A stretch of 62,156 nt of DNA, the filler included. It is 12 parts of 12 records of this genome, joined end to end, with 100 filler letters (N's around TTAATTAATTAA, not from the genome) between each part and the next. Parts side by side here need not be neighbours in the genome. Positions count along the whole stretch, not along the records: positions 41,994 to 46,713 come from SRR15195285_5807; positions 46,814 to 50,381 come from SRR15195285_5811; positions 50,482 to 54,209 come from SRR15195285_5812; positions 54,310 to 62,156 come from SRR15195285_5813; 8 more parts are not named here. One strand, given 5' to 3'. Below the pieces are notes generated by a model that saw only the letters and a program-made list of their open reading frames with translations, did no database searches and had not been told where the DNA came from. Shown in pieces: positions 44,536-54,450 of the stretch. Position numbers and translations under genes: made by a program. Every line of letters begins with the position of its first letter. Within the stretch, counting starts at the first letter, position 1.

Positions 44536-46668
44536 CTACGATTTGAACTCAGGTCGTAGCTGTAGGTACCGCTCCCAACGGTGCGTCGACAGGCGCTCTG
44601 CCACCTCATACTGCTCAGCAGTAAATCCAGCCTCACAGAGGACCGTCATGAAGAACACACTCGCTTCCAGCCACGTTGCAGGCTCAAGCGCCGCAGCTTC
44701 GGCTGCTAGGCTTTCCACCGATGGCATGAATGCCACCCCGTTGCTCTTCTGACAACATACACGGTACTCGTTCAAGAATGACCACAGAGGTCCAGCTTCT
44801 GAAGTGTCAATCGCGCCCGCGTCGTTTCGGAAGAGCTTACACAAGTCGAAGCCGCGGTAGTTTACACCCGAAAGCTCAAAGTCAATCAGCACGGCATCAC
44901 TGTAGCCGTCATCCTGATCGATCTCTGATCTGCTACGTCGAGCCAGAACGTTTGTCGGCTTCAAATCGCCGTGCCCAAGCACCACCTCGTAGCCTGCGCG
45001 CTCGATTAGAGCACGTTCGCGAGCACATACCTGAACAACCTCTTGCACGTTCCATGTACGGGACGCGGGAGCCGCAGGCAACTTGCCAGCCGCTGTGTGT
45101 TGCACCAAACGTCTCAGCATAGTGTCAACTGACACCCATACCATCGGCGTGCGTGGAATACCCGGCGGAAGTCGCGAGGGCGGAATGCAGTGCAGGTTTG
45201 CAACTGCGCGAGCCACAGACTTGACTGTTGCACGTGATCCACTCGTCCCGACATCTGCTTCCGTCAGCTCAACCTTCCCGTCGCAAAATTCGTGAACCAC
45301 ACCGCGCTGGGAAGAGAACATCTGCCGCGGACTGCCGTGTGCTTCGATCAAGCGATCGGTGGCAAAGGCAGACGCGGTAGATCGAGCGCGGCTCAACGCA
45401 GAGAACTCTTTGACAACCAGATCTAACTCGTCGTCCCGTCCGTGGCCATCTATGTGGACGCGATGCACACGATTGCAGAATCCAGCCGTCATCGGAACGA
45501 TTCGACGCAGCTCCGATCTAGTAGCAGCGGTGGGCAACTTGCCTGCGGCCACAGCAGCGGCAAGAAGCTGTTCTACACCACAAAAGTTCTCGCTGGCCGT
45601 GTCTTCACTGCCATCCTGCTTGCCTAGCTCAGTTACATCAGTCGGCACTGTGTCACTAGGATCTTCCTCGTTATCATCTTTCTGAGGCACGTGATCAACT
45701 ACAACCTCTGGCTCAGGCTCGGGGTCAGATCGCTCGAGTCTGCTAGCCGAAGTACCAGCCGACCCGAGCCATTGCCTCCGCCAGGTCCACGGGAACTCAA
45801 GCACTCCTGGTGCAGCTCGCCTGCAAGGATCAGCTTCTGCACTCGTAGATGCTGCCTTTGCTTTCGGGCGTTCTGGGTCCAGGAAGAGCTCGTACTGCGG
45901 AAGCGGTTGTGGGTGCTGCCGGCGCGCGTCCCATTGGCCATAGATCTGCTTGACCAGCAAGACTGCGCTGAAAACACAGAGCATAGACAGCAAACTGACC
46001 AGCAGAACCTTCTCCAACAGCGGCACGTCGTCCATCTCGAGGGATACCCAGACCATGTATGGATGCACACCAAAGCGAATGATGAAGAAGGAAATCCAGT
46101 AGAACACGGAGAGCGACTGCCGCACAATTGAGCGCACAATCTGGCCAGTGCCTCTACCCGGTTGGAGCTGTAGTAGATAGGAAGCAAAGTGACGGCGACC
46201 GACAAGTATTACCGTGTTGATCTCGACGATGGCGACGGTCGCAGTAAAGTGCGCGTGCTCCGGCCAGCGCAGCGGGTGACTCAGCAGTGCGAGCACCCCC
46301 ACATGGTGAGTGAGCACTAGAGCTGGCTGTGGCACCGCCTCTGGCCGCGCCCAGATCCACGCCAGGTCGAGAAGGACATAGACCAGGAAGAGTGTAGTGA
46401 AGAGCGACGGGTCAAACGCGCCCGCCAAGCACGCCGCATCGCACAAGACGAGCAGCGGGAGTAGGCACAAGTTGAATGTGTCGTGCTGCGCGACCCGAAC
46501 CGGGTCAGCGCGCGGCAGCCCTCGCTCTTGTCGCCGCAGCGGCACCGTCCGGCCGTGCCAGAAGCCGAGAACGCCCCCCACCGCCCCCACGGCCAACACG
46601 ATGGCACTCACCGCCTGCGAGCGGAGCGAGCCATCCAAGCCCAGCGCGGCGACATCCGCAGCCACCAT
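44536..46668 (-). CDS. TLC-domain membrane protein fused to a choline/ethanolamine kinase domain
   Basis: Single 710-aa ORF. TLC-like: YVLLDL, LTHHV, VEINT, SFFIIRF. Kinase: AGFCNRVHRV, VHEF, GHGDLKPTNVL (Brenner motif), LIDFELSG.NYRGFDL. Confidence 0.85.
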   Translation of the reverse strand: MVAADVAALGLDGSLRSQAVSAIVLAVGAVGGVLGFWHGRTVPLRRQERGLPRADPVRVAQHDTFNLCLLPLLVLCDAACLAGAFDPSLFTTLFLVYVLLDLAWIWARPEAVPQPALVLTHHVGVLALLSHPLRWPEHAHFTATVAIVEINTVILVGRRHFASYLLQLQPGRGTGQIVRSIVRQSLSVFYWISFFIIRFGVHPYMVWVSLEMDDVPLLEKVLLVSLLSMLCVFSAVLLVKQIYGQWDARRQHPQPLPQYELFLDPERPKAKAASTSAEADPCRRAAPGVLEFPWTWRRQWLGSAGTSASRLERSDPEPEPEVVVDHVPQKDDNEEDPSDTVPTDVTELGKQDGSEDTASENFCGVEQLLAAAVAAGKLPTAATRSELRRIVPMTAGFCNRVHRVHIDGHGRDDELDLVVKEFSALSRARSTASAFATDRLIEAHGSPRQMFSSQRGVVHEFCDGKVELTEADVGTSGSRATVKSVARAVANLHCIPPSRLPPGIPRTPMVWVSVDTMLRRLVQHTAAGKLPAAPASRTWNVQEVVQVCARERALIERAGYEVVLGHGDLKPTNVLARRSRSEIDQDDGYSDAVLIDFELSGVNYRGFDLCKLFRNDAGAIDTSEAGPLWSFLNEYRVCCQKSNGVAFMPSVESLAAEAAALEPATWLEASVFFMTVLCEAGFTAEQYEVAERLSTHRWERYLQLRPEFKS

Positions 46669-46713
46669 CCTTCACCGCAGCGCACAGGCTGGGTCAGAAT
46701 TCAATCCACAGGC

Positions 46714-46813
46714 NNNNNNNNNNNNNNNNNNNNNNNNNNNNNNNNNNNNNNNNNNNNTTAATTAATTAANNNNNNNNNNNNNNNNNNNNNNNNNNNNNNN
46801 NNNNNNNNNNNNN
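46714..46813. other. Artificial contig spacer
   Basis: N44-TTAATTAATTAA-N44. Confidence 0.99.
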
Positions 46814-46882
46814 GGGGTGTGGGCGGCGGATTGCTGAAAAGTATCGCCAGCGTGTTCGGACGAACATACGCGGCAGGCTGCG

Positions 46883-48245
46883 ATGCGGACTCGGAGTGCG
46901 TCGCGCAATGCGTCGGCGGCGGCGGCGTCGATCGCCGAGAACGCCCGCGCCCTGCGCAGCAAGCGTGCGGCGGCGTCGGATGCGGGCGGGGCGGCGGCCG
47001 CGAAGCGGCGGAAGCCGCTGGGAAATATCTCCAACGCGAACAAGAATGGAGCGGTACGCAGCCAGCCGGCACCCAGCCTCGCACCTCCCTCATGCCACGC
47101 CTCTGTGGCTGACCTCTCCCCGCCTGACACGCTTGCCTTGCTCCTGTGGTGCAGCGCAAACGTGCTCCGTCGCGGCGGAAGTCGGCGAAGAGTGGCGCCT
47201 CGGCGCGCGCGGCTGCTCTCATGCAACAGCTAGTTCCCTTCCAGGAGAAGGAGGAGCCGCTACCGTCCGGCGTTCGTGACATCGATGCGGGCGAGGAGGA
47301 CGATCCCACCCTGGTGTCCTGCTACGCCCGGCCCGTGTACAAGCACCTTATGGAGGTTGAGGTTCGTTCCGCAGCCCCCTAGGCAACGCTCGTGCATTTC
47401 ACCTGCGCAGTGTGCTGAACCTGCCAGCCACCGACACGCGAGAACCTTTTCCGCACGCGTCGCTCGCTGCTCACTCTACACCTGCCGCGTGTGCACCACA
47501 GCAAAAGTACCGCCCAGACCCGCAGTACATGACACACCAGAATGACATCAACGCCAATATGCGCGGCATTCTGGTCGACTGGCTGGTGGAAGTATCGGAA
47601 GAGTACAAGCTACACACAGAGACTCTGTTCCTGTCGATCAACTACATCGATCGGTTCCTCAGCCGGAACAATGTGCAGCGTGGCAAGCTGCAGCTAGTTG
47701 GCATCACCTGCATGCTGGTGGCGGCCAAGTACGAAGAGATCTACCCGCCTTCGGTCGAGGACTTCGTCTACATCTCGGACAATGCCTACTCCCGCGAGCA
47801 GGTCATCGCCGAGGAGGTCAAGCTGCTCAACGCGTTGAAGTTCCACTGCACCGTGGCGACTTCGCGCCAGTTCCTGCGCCGGTTTGCAAAGGCGGCCCGC
47901 GCTGATCACACGACACACGAGATGGCACACTACTTGGCCGAGCTGTCGCTGCTAGACATTAACTTTGTCAAATTCCCGCCGTCCGTCATAGCCGCGGCAT
48001 CCATTCTGATCGCGATCAACACAACCCGCCTCTTCGGCTCCGGGAACCTTAACTGGGACACGACGATGCAGTACTATACTACTTACAGCTTCGAGGACCT
48101 CGAGCCCTGCGCCAACGCGCTGCTCACTGCAGGCAAGTCGTCGTACAACGGCAGCAGCCAGTTCCGCGCCGTGAAGGAGAAGTACTCGCAGAGCAAGTTC
48201 GACATGGTCGCGAACAGGCGACTCTGCGACTCACTGTCGAAATAG
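46883..48245 (+). CDS. CCNA: A-type cyclin; 3 exons
   Basis: Exons 46883-47053, 47155-47361, 47502-48245. D-box RKPLGNISN; cyclin box MRGILVDWLVEVSEEYKL; LQLVGITCMLVAAKYEEIYPP; AVKEKY. Confidence 0.93.
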
Positions 48246-48599
48246 ACTTTCGTCGGCGGTGTGCGCACGACAGGATGAGGCAGGCGCAGGGGAGCGGACG
48301 GCAGTCTCGTCTCCTGTGCCCGAAACTTAGCAACGGGCTCATGCGGTTGTTGTGGATGGATAGTCGGTCCAAGCAGTGACAAGGCCCGAGACCAGCCTAC
48401 CTATTATCGGGGGCTGGTCGTCGTATAACGTTGTCTCGGCACAACTGTGACAAACAATAAGAACACACATATTCTACATATAAATTGCCAAGGCACCCGG
48501 ATACTGTGTCTTCGGGAACGCCAAGGATTCGCAGAGAGCCACTGGCACGTGGCCTGAGCTATAACTGCTCGCACTCGCAAAACTCGTATCGCGCGCCCA

Positions 48600-49910
48600 T
48601 CACATCACCGCACACGAGCGGCCCGTGCGAGGGCCTGCTGGCGTACCCGCCGGCGTACCGCCAGCAGTATCACCACCGCCCACAGCGGCACCATCTGTGG
48701 CCCAAGCGGGAAGACTCGCACCTGTGAACGAGACGGTACCTGATATGCAAAGCACTGGGAGTCAACCTGGCAGCTGAGGACCTCGCGTGACACCGGTCAG
48801 TGACAGCTATGTGAGATTTGAGCGAGCATCGTGTGAACTTTGCCAAGTCCAGCGCATTCGGGGATGAGTGCGCACCGTGCGCGAGTGGAGGACACTCCGG
48901 ACCACCGTACGCATCCGGTACGGCAGTGGCACTGATTGACTCGATGACGAAAGAGTCTTCACCTACTATTACGACATCATACGACCCGTTGAAGTTCCGC
49001 CTATGGCGCAGAATTTTGGCCACCACCTGTTTTCACACGCCACTCAAGCCTATTAGTTGTTGCATCAATGTCGATAGCGGTCCTGGTCCTAAGGCAGTGT
49101 GGGACAAGGGCGTACCCCAACACCACCAGCAGCTGGGTTGCCCGAGGTGACAAACCCAAACCGACCATCGTTTTCCTCGACAACACGAGCCGCGAGCCAG
49201 CGGTAGCGAGGCTCAAACAGATGCATTGCAGACGCGCTGCGCACGCCGAAGCTCGGTGCTCGCATGACGAAAAATAGGAGCTCTCGTTGACTGGCAAGTT
49301 CTCTCTCGAAAGCCTCGCGCTCTGCTTGGGCTGCCTCGGCTCGTTCTTTCAGAAGCTCCGGAGGATACTGGCCTGCGATTGCATCTGCGCGGCTCTGTGC
49401 CAATACCAGATCCTCGGGTTGCTGTGGTCTAGGATGTGGCGATCGGCAGAGCGGACAGCCAGCTGCACGATTGTGCAATGCTTTGAAGGCACACATTCGA
49501 CTGCGACCAGCACAGTGCAGCACCATTCATAGCCGTGGCACTTTATGAACATGCTGTGGTACGCCGTGTGCAATAGGGTTTTGCCAGGTGTGGCGAGGCA
49601 CGCACCAGAATGTGTGGCCACAGCCGAGCTCCACTGGGTCGCATAGCACGCACAGACAGACTGCACACTCGTCGGCACCGTCGCTCAAGGCTGTGCCATC
49701 GTCGGTAGCACCTTCACCAACACTTGGCGGAGCTGGCTCTAGCTGACAAACCCCACTCTCGGCCGAAGTCTCCGCCACTTCTTCGTCAGCCACCTGGTCA
49801 GAGGTAGCACTGACGGCTTCTCCCGTGGGCGTGGCGGAGTCCTGCTCCGCTGCTGCAACCACTGACGCCTCCGACTCCGCCGGCACGCCTTCCTCCTCCG
49901 CCGCCTCCAT
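48600..49910 (-). CDS. RING finger + LON substrate-binding domain protein (LONRF-like) ending in CAAX; 4 exons
   Basis: Exons 49910-49606, 49500-49116, 49026-48876, 48739-48600. C3HC4 RING CAVC...PVELGCGHTFC|RMC...CPLCR; LON motif HLFEPRY...FG, GSYDVVIVG..SF; C-terminus RSCAVM*. Confidence 0.85.
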
Positions 49911-50381
49911 GCGATCGACTCTATCTGCTCCACGCCATCACCGCGGCACCACAGCGTCCTCTCAGAACTCAAACCTCGGCCAGGCAGCCGCTGCTGTGCA
50001 CCACAGGCTTGGTCACCACATGGGAGGCTGACGTGGGTGCTGCCGAAAGTCCCTAGCCTCTACACGTACTGTAGCTCTACGTCGATCTTGCATGGTCGCG
50101 CGATCACAACATTCTATTCATAAGGATCCTAAGAACATCACATCATTCACCGCCGCCACATCGCTCGGACATTCGACAAATGCACTCCCGGATGCAGTCA
50201 CTGCTGTCACTCACGACGAATCAGAGCTCACCCTCTCGGACACAGTTGATGCCGATTGTGACATGTGAGGTCCACAGCGCACACCAGCGGTAGGCCTTCT
50301 ACCGACTTTTTCAAATGACTCCGGCGCTTATACCGCGATGAACCGCTATACTACTGTAAAGAACCTACCTTAAGCAACGCA

Positions 50382-50481
50382 NNNNNNNNNNNNNNNNNNN
50401 NNNNNNNNNNNNNNNNNNNNNNNNNTTAATTAATTAANNNNNNNNNNNNNNNNNNNNNNNNNNNNNNNNNNNNNNNNNNNN
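50382..50481. other. Artificial contig spacer
   Basis: N44-TTAATTAATTAA-N44. Confidence 0.99.
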
Positions 50482-51128
50482 GTACTCTAACGTAGGGAAA
50501 GGCCAATACATGTAGCTATGAATAGTAACAAGTAAGTCGCGTGCACGGCTGCACTCCGGATACGGAATCATCATGTCCATCACAGTGGGCAGATTCAACA
50601 CTCCGCCGAGTGAAAACAACACAAATTTCACGAGGAATGCGCAACAAAAAGCAGCGACTCCAGGCGGTCAGAGGGGAGAGGGCGAGAGGGGTGCACTGCA
50701 TTTCTCAGTGATTCTTCAAAGTTCAATGCACCCTCTGAAGAGTCATGGTCCCGCACCCGGACGATGAACGACGGAACGCAACGGTCAGCGGGCTGGTGCG
50801 GGCTGCGGAGGACCTCTACGCTCTAGCCACTGTATCGAGCGCACGCGCACGCGCACACACTGGTCAGTCGGTAGGGCATCATGATGGCTGTTCCGTAGGC
50901 GGGCCGGCGCGTGGTGGGTAGGACTAGTTCCGAGGGCGATGGATATATAGACGCAGCGCCTCGCCGATGCTGGGGCGGTGCCGAGCGTCGTCCAGGGTGT
51001 GGCTCAGGCCTGAGCTGTCGGGGTGGCGTTGACGCGTGCTGGGTGAACTCCCTCGCGCTCGCTCTTTCTTTCTGGGTGGCGATGCGCTTGGGGCACGGTG
51101 CGGTCAGCGGCATTAGGCTGGGCTAACG

Positions 51129-51938
51129 ATGGCGCTGCCGAACGCCCTGTGCATCGAGGGCTTGCGCCCGCCACGCTCGGCGCTGGCGGTGATGCTCGAG
51201 TCGGCGACGATGATCTTCCTACGCCAGTCGGTCGAAATCTTCGGCGCGACCATCGGGTTCGATGCGGACTTAAGCTACGCGCTCCTCAATGCGACTGGCG
51301 AGAAACTGGGCAAGGCAGCCGAGCATAGTGGCTGCTGTGCGCGCCGTGTGCTCAGCGGTCGCCGCCCGTTCGAGGTCATCGTCAGCGCGGCGACACCTGG
51401 CGACCCTCCGGTGCTGCGGTTCGTGCGCCCTTATCGTGGCACCTCCCCTGGGTGCTGCTGGTCTCTGCAGCAATTGCGCGTCTACAGCCTGCAGGAGGTG
51501 GGTGGTGAGACGGAGCTCGGGATAGTGCAGCAACAGATGAGCTGCTGCGGCGGTTCCTGCTGCGTCGGGCCGCTTCTCGGCGTACATGATGCGCAGGGCC
51601 ATGAGCTGTTCACGGTGCACGGACCCTGCGTTTTCTGCGATGGGCCTTGCTGCGACATCACCTTCGAGGTGCGCGCACGTGGCGAGGCGGTCGGTGAGAT
51701 ACGACGTCACGGTGCCTCACTCACACCTGCGATGGACCCAGTCGGCTCTTCGACGCCCTTCGGGGACGACGACGAGTGCACCGTCGGCCTCACAATGCCG
51801 AACGGCGCGCCGATTTTGCACCGCGCTTTACTGCTTGGGGCGCTGATGCTCATCGACATCTTGTATTTTGATGCGTTCGGCCATGCTGACGCCGGTCTTG
51901 CTTCTGTGGGCGAGAAAGACAATGCCTACCATTATTGA
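51129..51938 (+). CDS. Phospholipid scramblase family protein
   Basis: AAEHSGCCARR...RRPF, VLRFVRP, LGIVQQ, LFTVHGPC, VGEI, RALLLGALMLIDILYF; Cys clusters typical of PLSCR proteins. Confidence 0.88.
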   Translation: MALPNALCIEGLRPPRSALAVMLESATMIFLRQSVEIFGATIGFDADLSYALLNATGEKLGKAAEHSGCCARRVLSGRRPFEVIVSAATPGDPPVLRFVRPYRGTSPGCCWSLQQLRVYSLQEVGGETELGIVQQQMSCCGGSCCVGPLLGVHDAQGHELFTVHGPCVFCDGPCCDITFEVRARGEAVGEIRRHGASLTPAMDPVGSSTPFGDDDECTVGLTMPNGAPILHRALLLGALMLIDILYFDAFGHADAGLASVGEKDNAYHY

Positions 51939-52264
51939 ATATTGATGGATGCGTAGCTTGGCAACGCGGCTGGCTGGCCAGGACGCTGAAAGGAATGCTG
52001 CTCGGGCTCAGTCAGCCGATTCGAACGCAACGAAATGCTTCTCAGCACGGCAGAGGAGGCCAATCGCGATAGCAGCACGGAGGCACACTGCATTACACAC
52101 TGTAGAGAGACGCTAGGTGGTTCCAATTGATCGAACTGCATTTATCGATTATGATTACTGTGAAAGACACTGTCCTGTCCTGTGGTGCTACTGCAGGCAC
52201 ACCGCCTTCGAGTGCTGGATACGACCGTTCCTTCGGGGTTCCGGACGTTGCACCTACTGCTGGG

Positions 52265-53910
52265 TTACTGAATGGAACCGCCATTTCTGACATGACCATC
52301 TGCGTCGACACTCGAATCAACATCTCTGTGCCTTGCTGAGAGTAGGTGCTCGCTCATGCTACTGCCGGTGCCGGTACCGGTGACATAGCTATCTAGGGAC
52401 GCAACACTGTCGCTAGTGGCCCTCTCGGTACTCGGCGTCCAATCGGCAAACGCTTCACTTGGCCTGCCACCACTTTGAACTTTGTGTCCGCGCCCGAGCA
52501 TAGTGTGACAGACCCCAAGAATGGCAACAGCAGCGATCCCAAGCGCAGCTACCGCCGCAATGTTACCATACAAGCTGTTTTCATGCGCAATATCGAGCTC
52601 TGGGCGCGGGTTCTCAGGCAGACCAGCCCATCTCGCAACCCATTCGCAGCTGGTGCCGTCATCTTTGCTACTGTTGTCGTAGACTCGCTGAGGGTTGGGC
52701 TGCTCCCCTTTGGTCATCACAAACGTGATGGTCATCGAGCTATTCGGGTTGCTGCTGCACTTCATACCCTCAGCATTTGCTTGGAATCTCAACTCCAGCT
52801 CGAGACCAATTCCACCCTTGTCCTTGCGTCCCCACAGAGGACACTCGCTACTTGTGCCCGAATCACCGGCGCCGCAGACCGTGAACGGCTCGCAAAAGTT
52901 CTCATCAGTTTCGGAGTACCTCAGAAGCGAGACGTTCTCAGCGCTCGGACCTTCCGCCCACTCTCTGCATCCACGTGGTAGCTTATCGTCATTTAAAAGC
53001 TCGGACATCGGGATGGGGCCGCACAGACGGAACGCATAGACGTGGCAGACCCCCTCGGGTCCTTTTCGATCACAGGCAGTGTCATGGGCGTGGATGGTAG
53101 AGTTCTGCAGGAATGAGAGGTCAGTCCCACGGCAACCGCACGCGCCACATTGTTTCCAGTCGCCTTTGGGTGGCGGAGGCGTCGGACTGCATGCACTGCC
53201 GCAGGTCCCGTCTGGGTATCGGCCGCTTTCGTCGTTTTCAACGCACTGCTTGGTATCGTTCGTGTCGTGTTCGCACTGGTAGTTGTGGCACTTGTCCTCG
53301 CAGTCCTGCAGAGCGCGGGTATGGGTGTCAGGTCCGTCGAAGGCGGCGCGCCAGCGGGAGCAGGCTGCAGCGGCGAGGAGGCGGCGGAGACGAGGCGAGG
53401 CAGCGCCGGCGCAGTCGGGCGCACATCCGCGAAGTATGTCCCGTGTAAGTCGTCCGGTATGCACTGAGAGCCGTCGCAGCGGTACAGGTGGCAGCCGTTC
53501 TTGCAGTCGGTCCTCGTCGCGTACGTGCCGAAGGGATCCGGGATGCACTGGATGTCTGACCCCCGACCAGTGCACTTGTACATCGAGCATTCATTCCCGC
53601 AGTCCTCCGTGTGGTAAATCCGCCCATCCTCTCCTTCCGACGGCCACCCCGCCAGGCAGACCGCGGCGCCATGCTCCGCACCGCAGTGGTACACCTGCGG
53701 TGCAGGGGCAGGCCCCCAGCTCCCGCTGCCACTCCCCTCTTCATCGTCCTCCCAGTCCGAGCCTTCACATGCCACCGCCGCCAGCCACAGCAGTGCCACC
53801 CCACCACCCCTCCCCACGCCCCTCCCCCACCCCTCGCCGCGCCCTGCACTGCGGTATGCGCCAGCGTGGCGCCGCCCAGCGCCGATCGCACGCATCCCGC
53901 GATGGGCCAT
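52265..53910 (-). CDS. Type I membrane protein with short Cys-rich repeats and a possible MRH (mannose-6-phosphate receptor homology)-like domain
   Basis: Exons 53910-53425 and 53305-52265. Signal-like VALLWLAAVA; four Y.C....C.....G.Y....C...C repeats; HVYAFRLCGPI; TM helix IAAVAALGIAAVAILGV; Ser-rich tail. Confidence 0.7.
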
Positions 53911-53930
53911 CGTCGACCACCGACCGGGAC

Positions 53931-53973
53931 CGAGTGAGTGAGTGAGTGAGTGAGCCGAGAGCGAGCGAGCGAG
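53931..53973. repeat. (GAGT)n and (GAGC)n tetranucleotide microsatellites
   Basis: gagtgagtgagtgagtgagtgag...gagcgagcgagcgagcg immediately upstream of the minus-strand ATG. Confidence 0.85.
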
Positions 53974-54209
53974 CGCGGACACTGCCCGGGAGTGGTCAGT
54001 CTGCAGCACCGAGCACCCGTGCCTGCTGCTCGCTCGGTGGCGGCGGAATGAATGAGTGACTGAGAATCAGTGAGGTTCCGTGAGATCACGAATGCGACTC
54101 CAACAAGGGGCATTTCCATTTGAGAGAGAGAGGATCGATTCGATCAACCGCGGAACGCAGGCGCCGTCCCCTCAGGGTGTCCAATGGATCTATTTTTCAT
54201 CCGAAATGA

Positions 54210-54309
54210 NNNNNNNNNNNNNNNNNNNNNNNNNNNNNNNNNNNNNNNNNNNNTTAATTAATTAANNNNNNNNNNNNNNNNNNNNNNNNNNNNNNNNNNN
54301 NNNNNNNNN
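54210..54309. other. Artificial contig spacer
   Basis: N44-TTAATTAATTAA-N44. Confidence 0.99.
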
Positions 54310-54403
54310 CCTCCCTCCCTCCCTCCCTCCCTCCCTCCCAACACACGCACACGCACGCACGCACCCACACCCACCCACCCACCCACCCACCACCCACACA
54401 CAC
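54310..54403. repeat. Compound microsatellite (CCCT)n/(CACG)n/(CACC)n/(CA)n
   Basis: Directly visible at the contig start. Confidence 0.9.
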
Positions 54404-54450
54404 AGTCTGCATCTACACTTAATTACCGTAATTATCTTATTATGTGAATT

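Noticed and set aside
4825-54309. Recurring TTAATTAATTAA palindrome as a biological repeat or CRISPR-like array
   Set aside because: It is always centred in exactly 88 N; this is a synthetic six-frame-stop linker.
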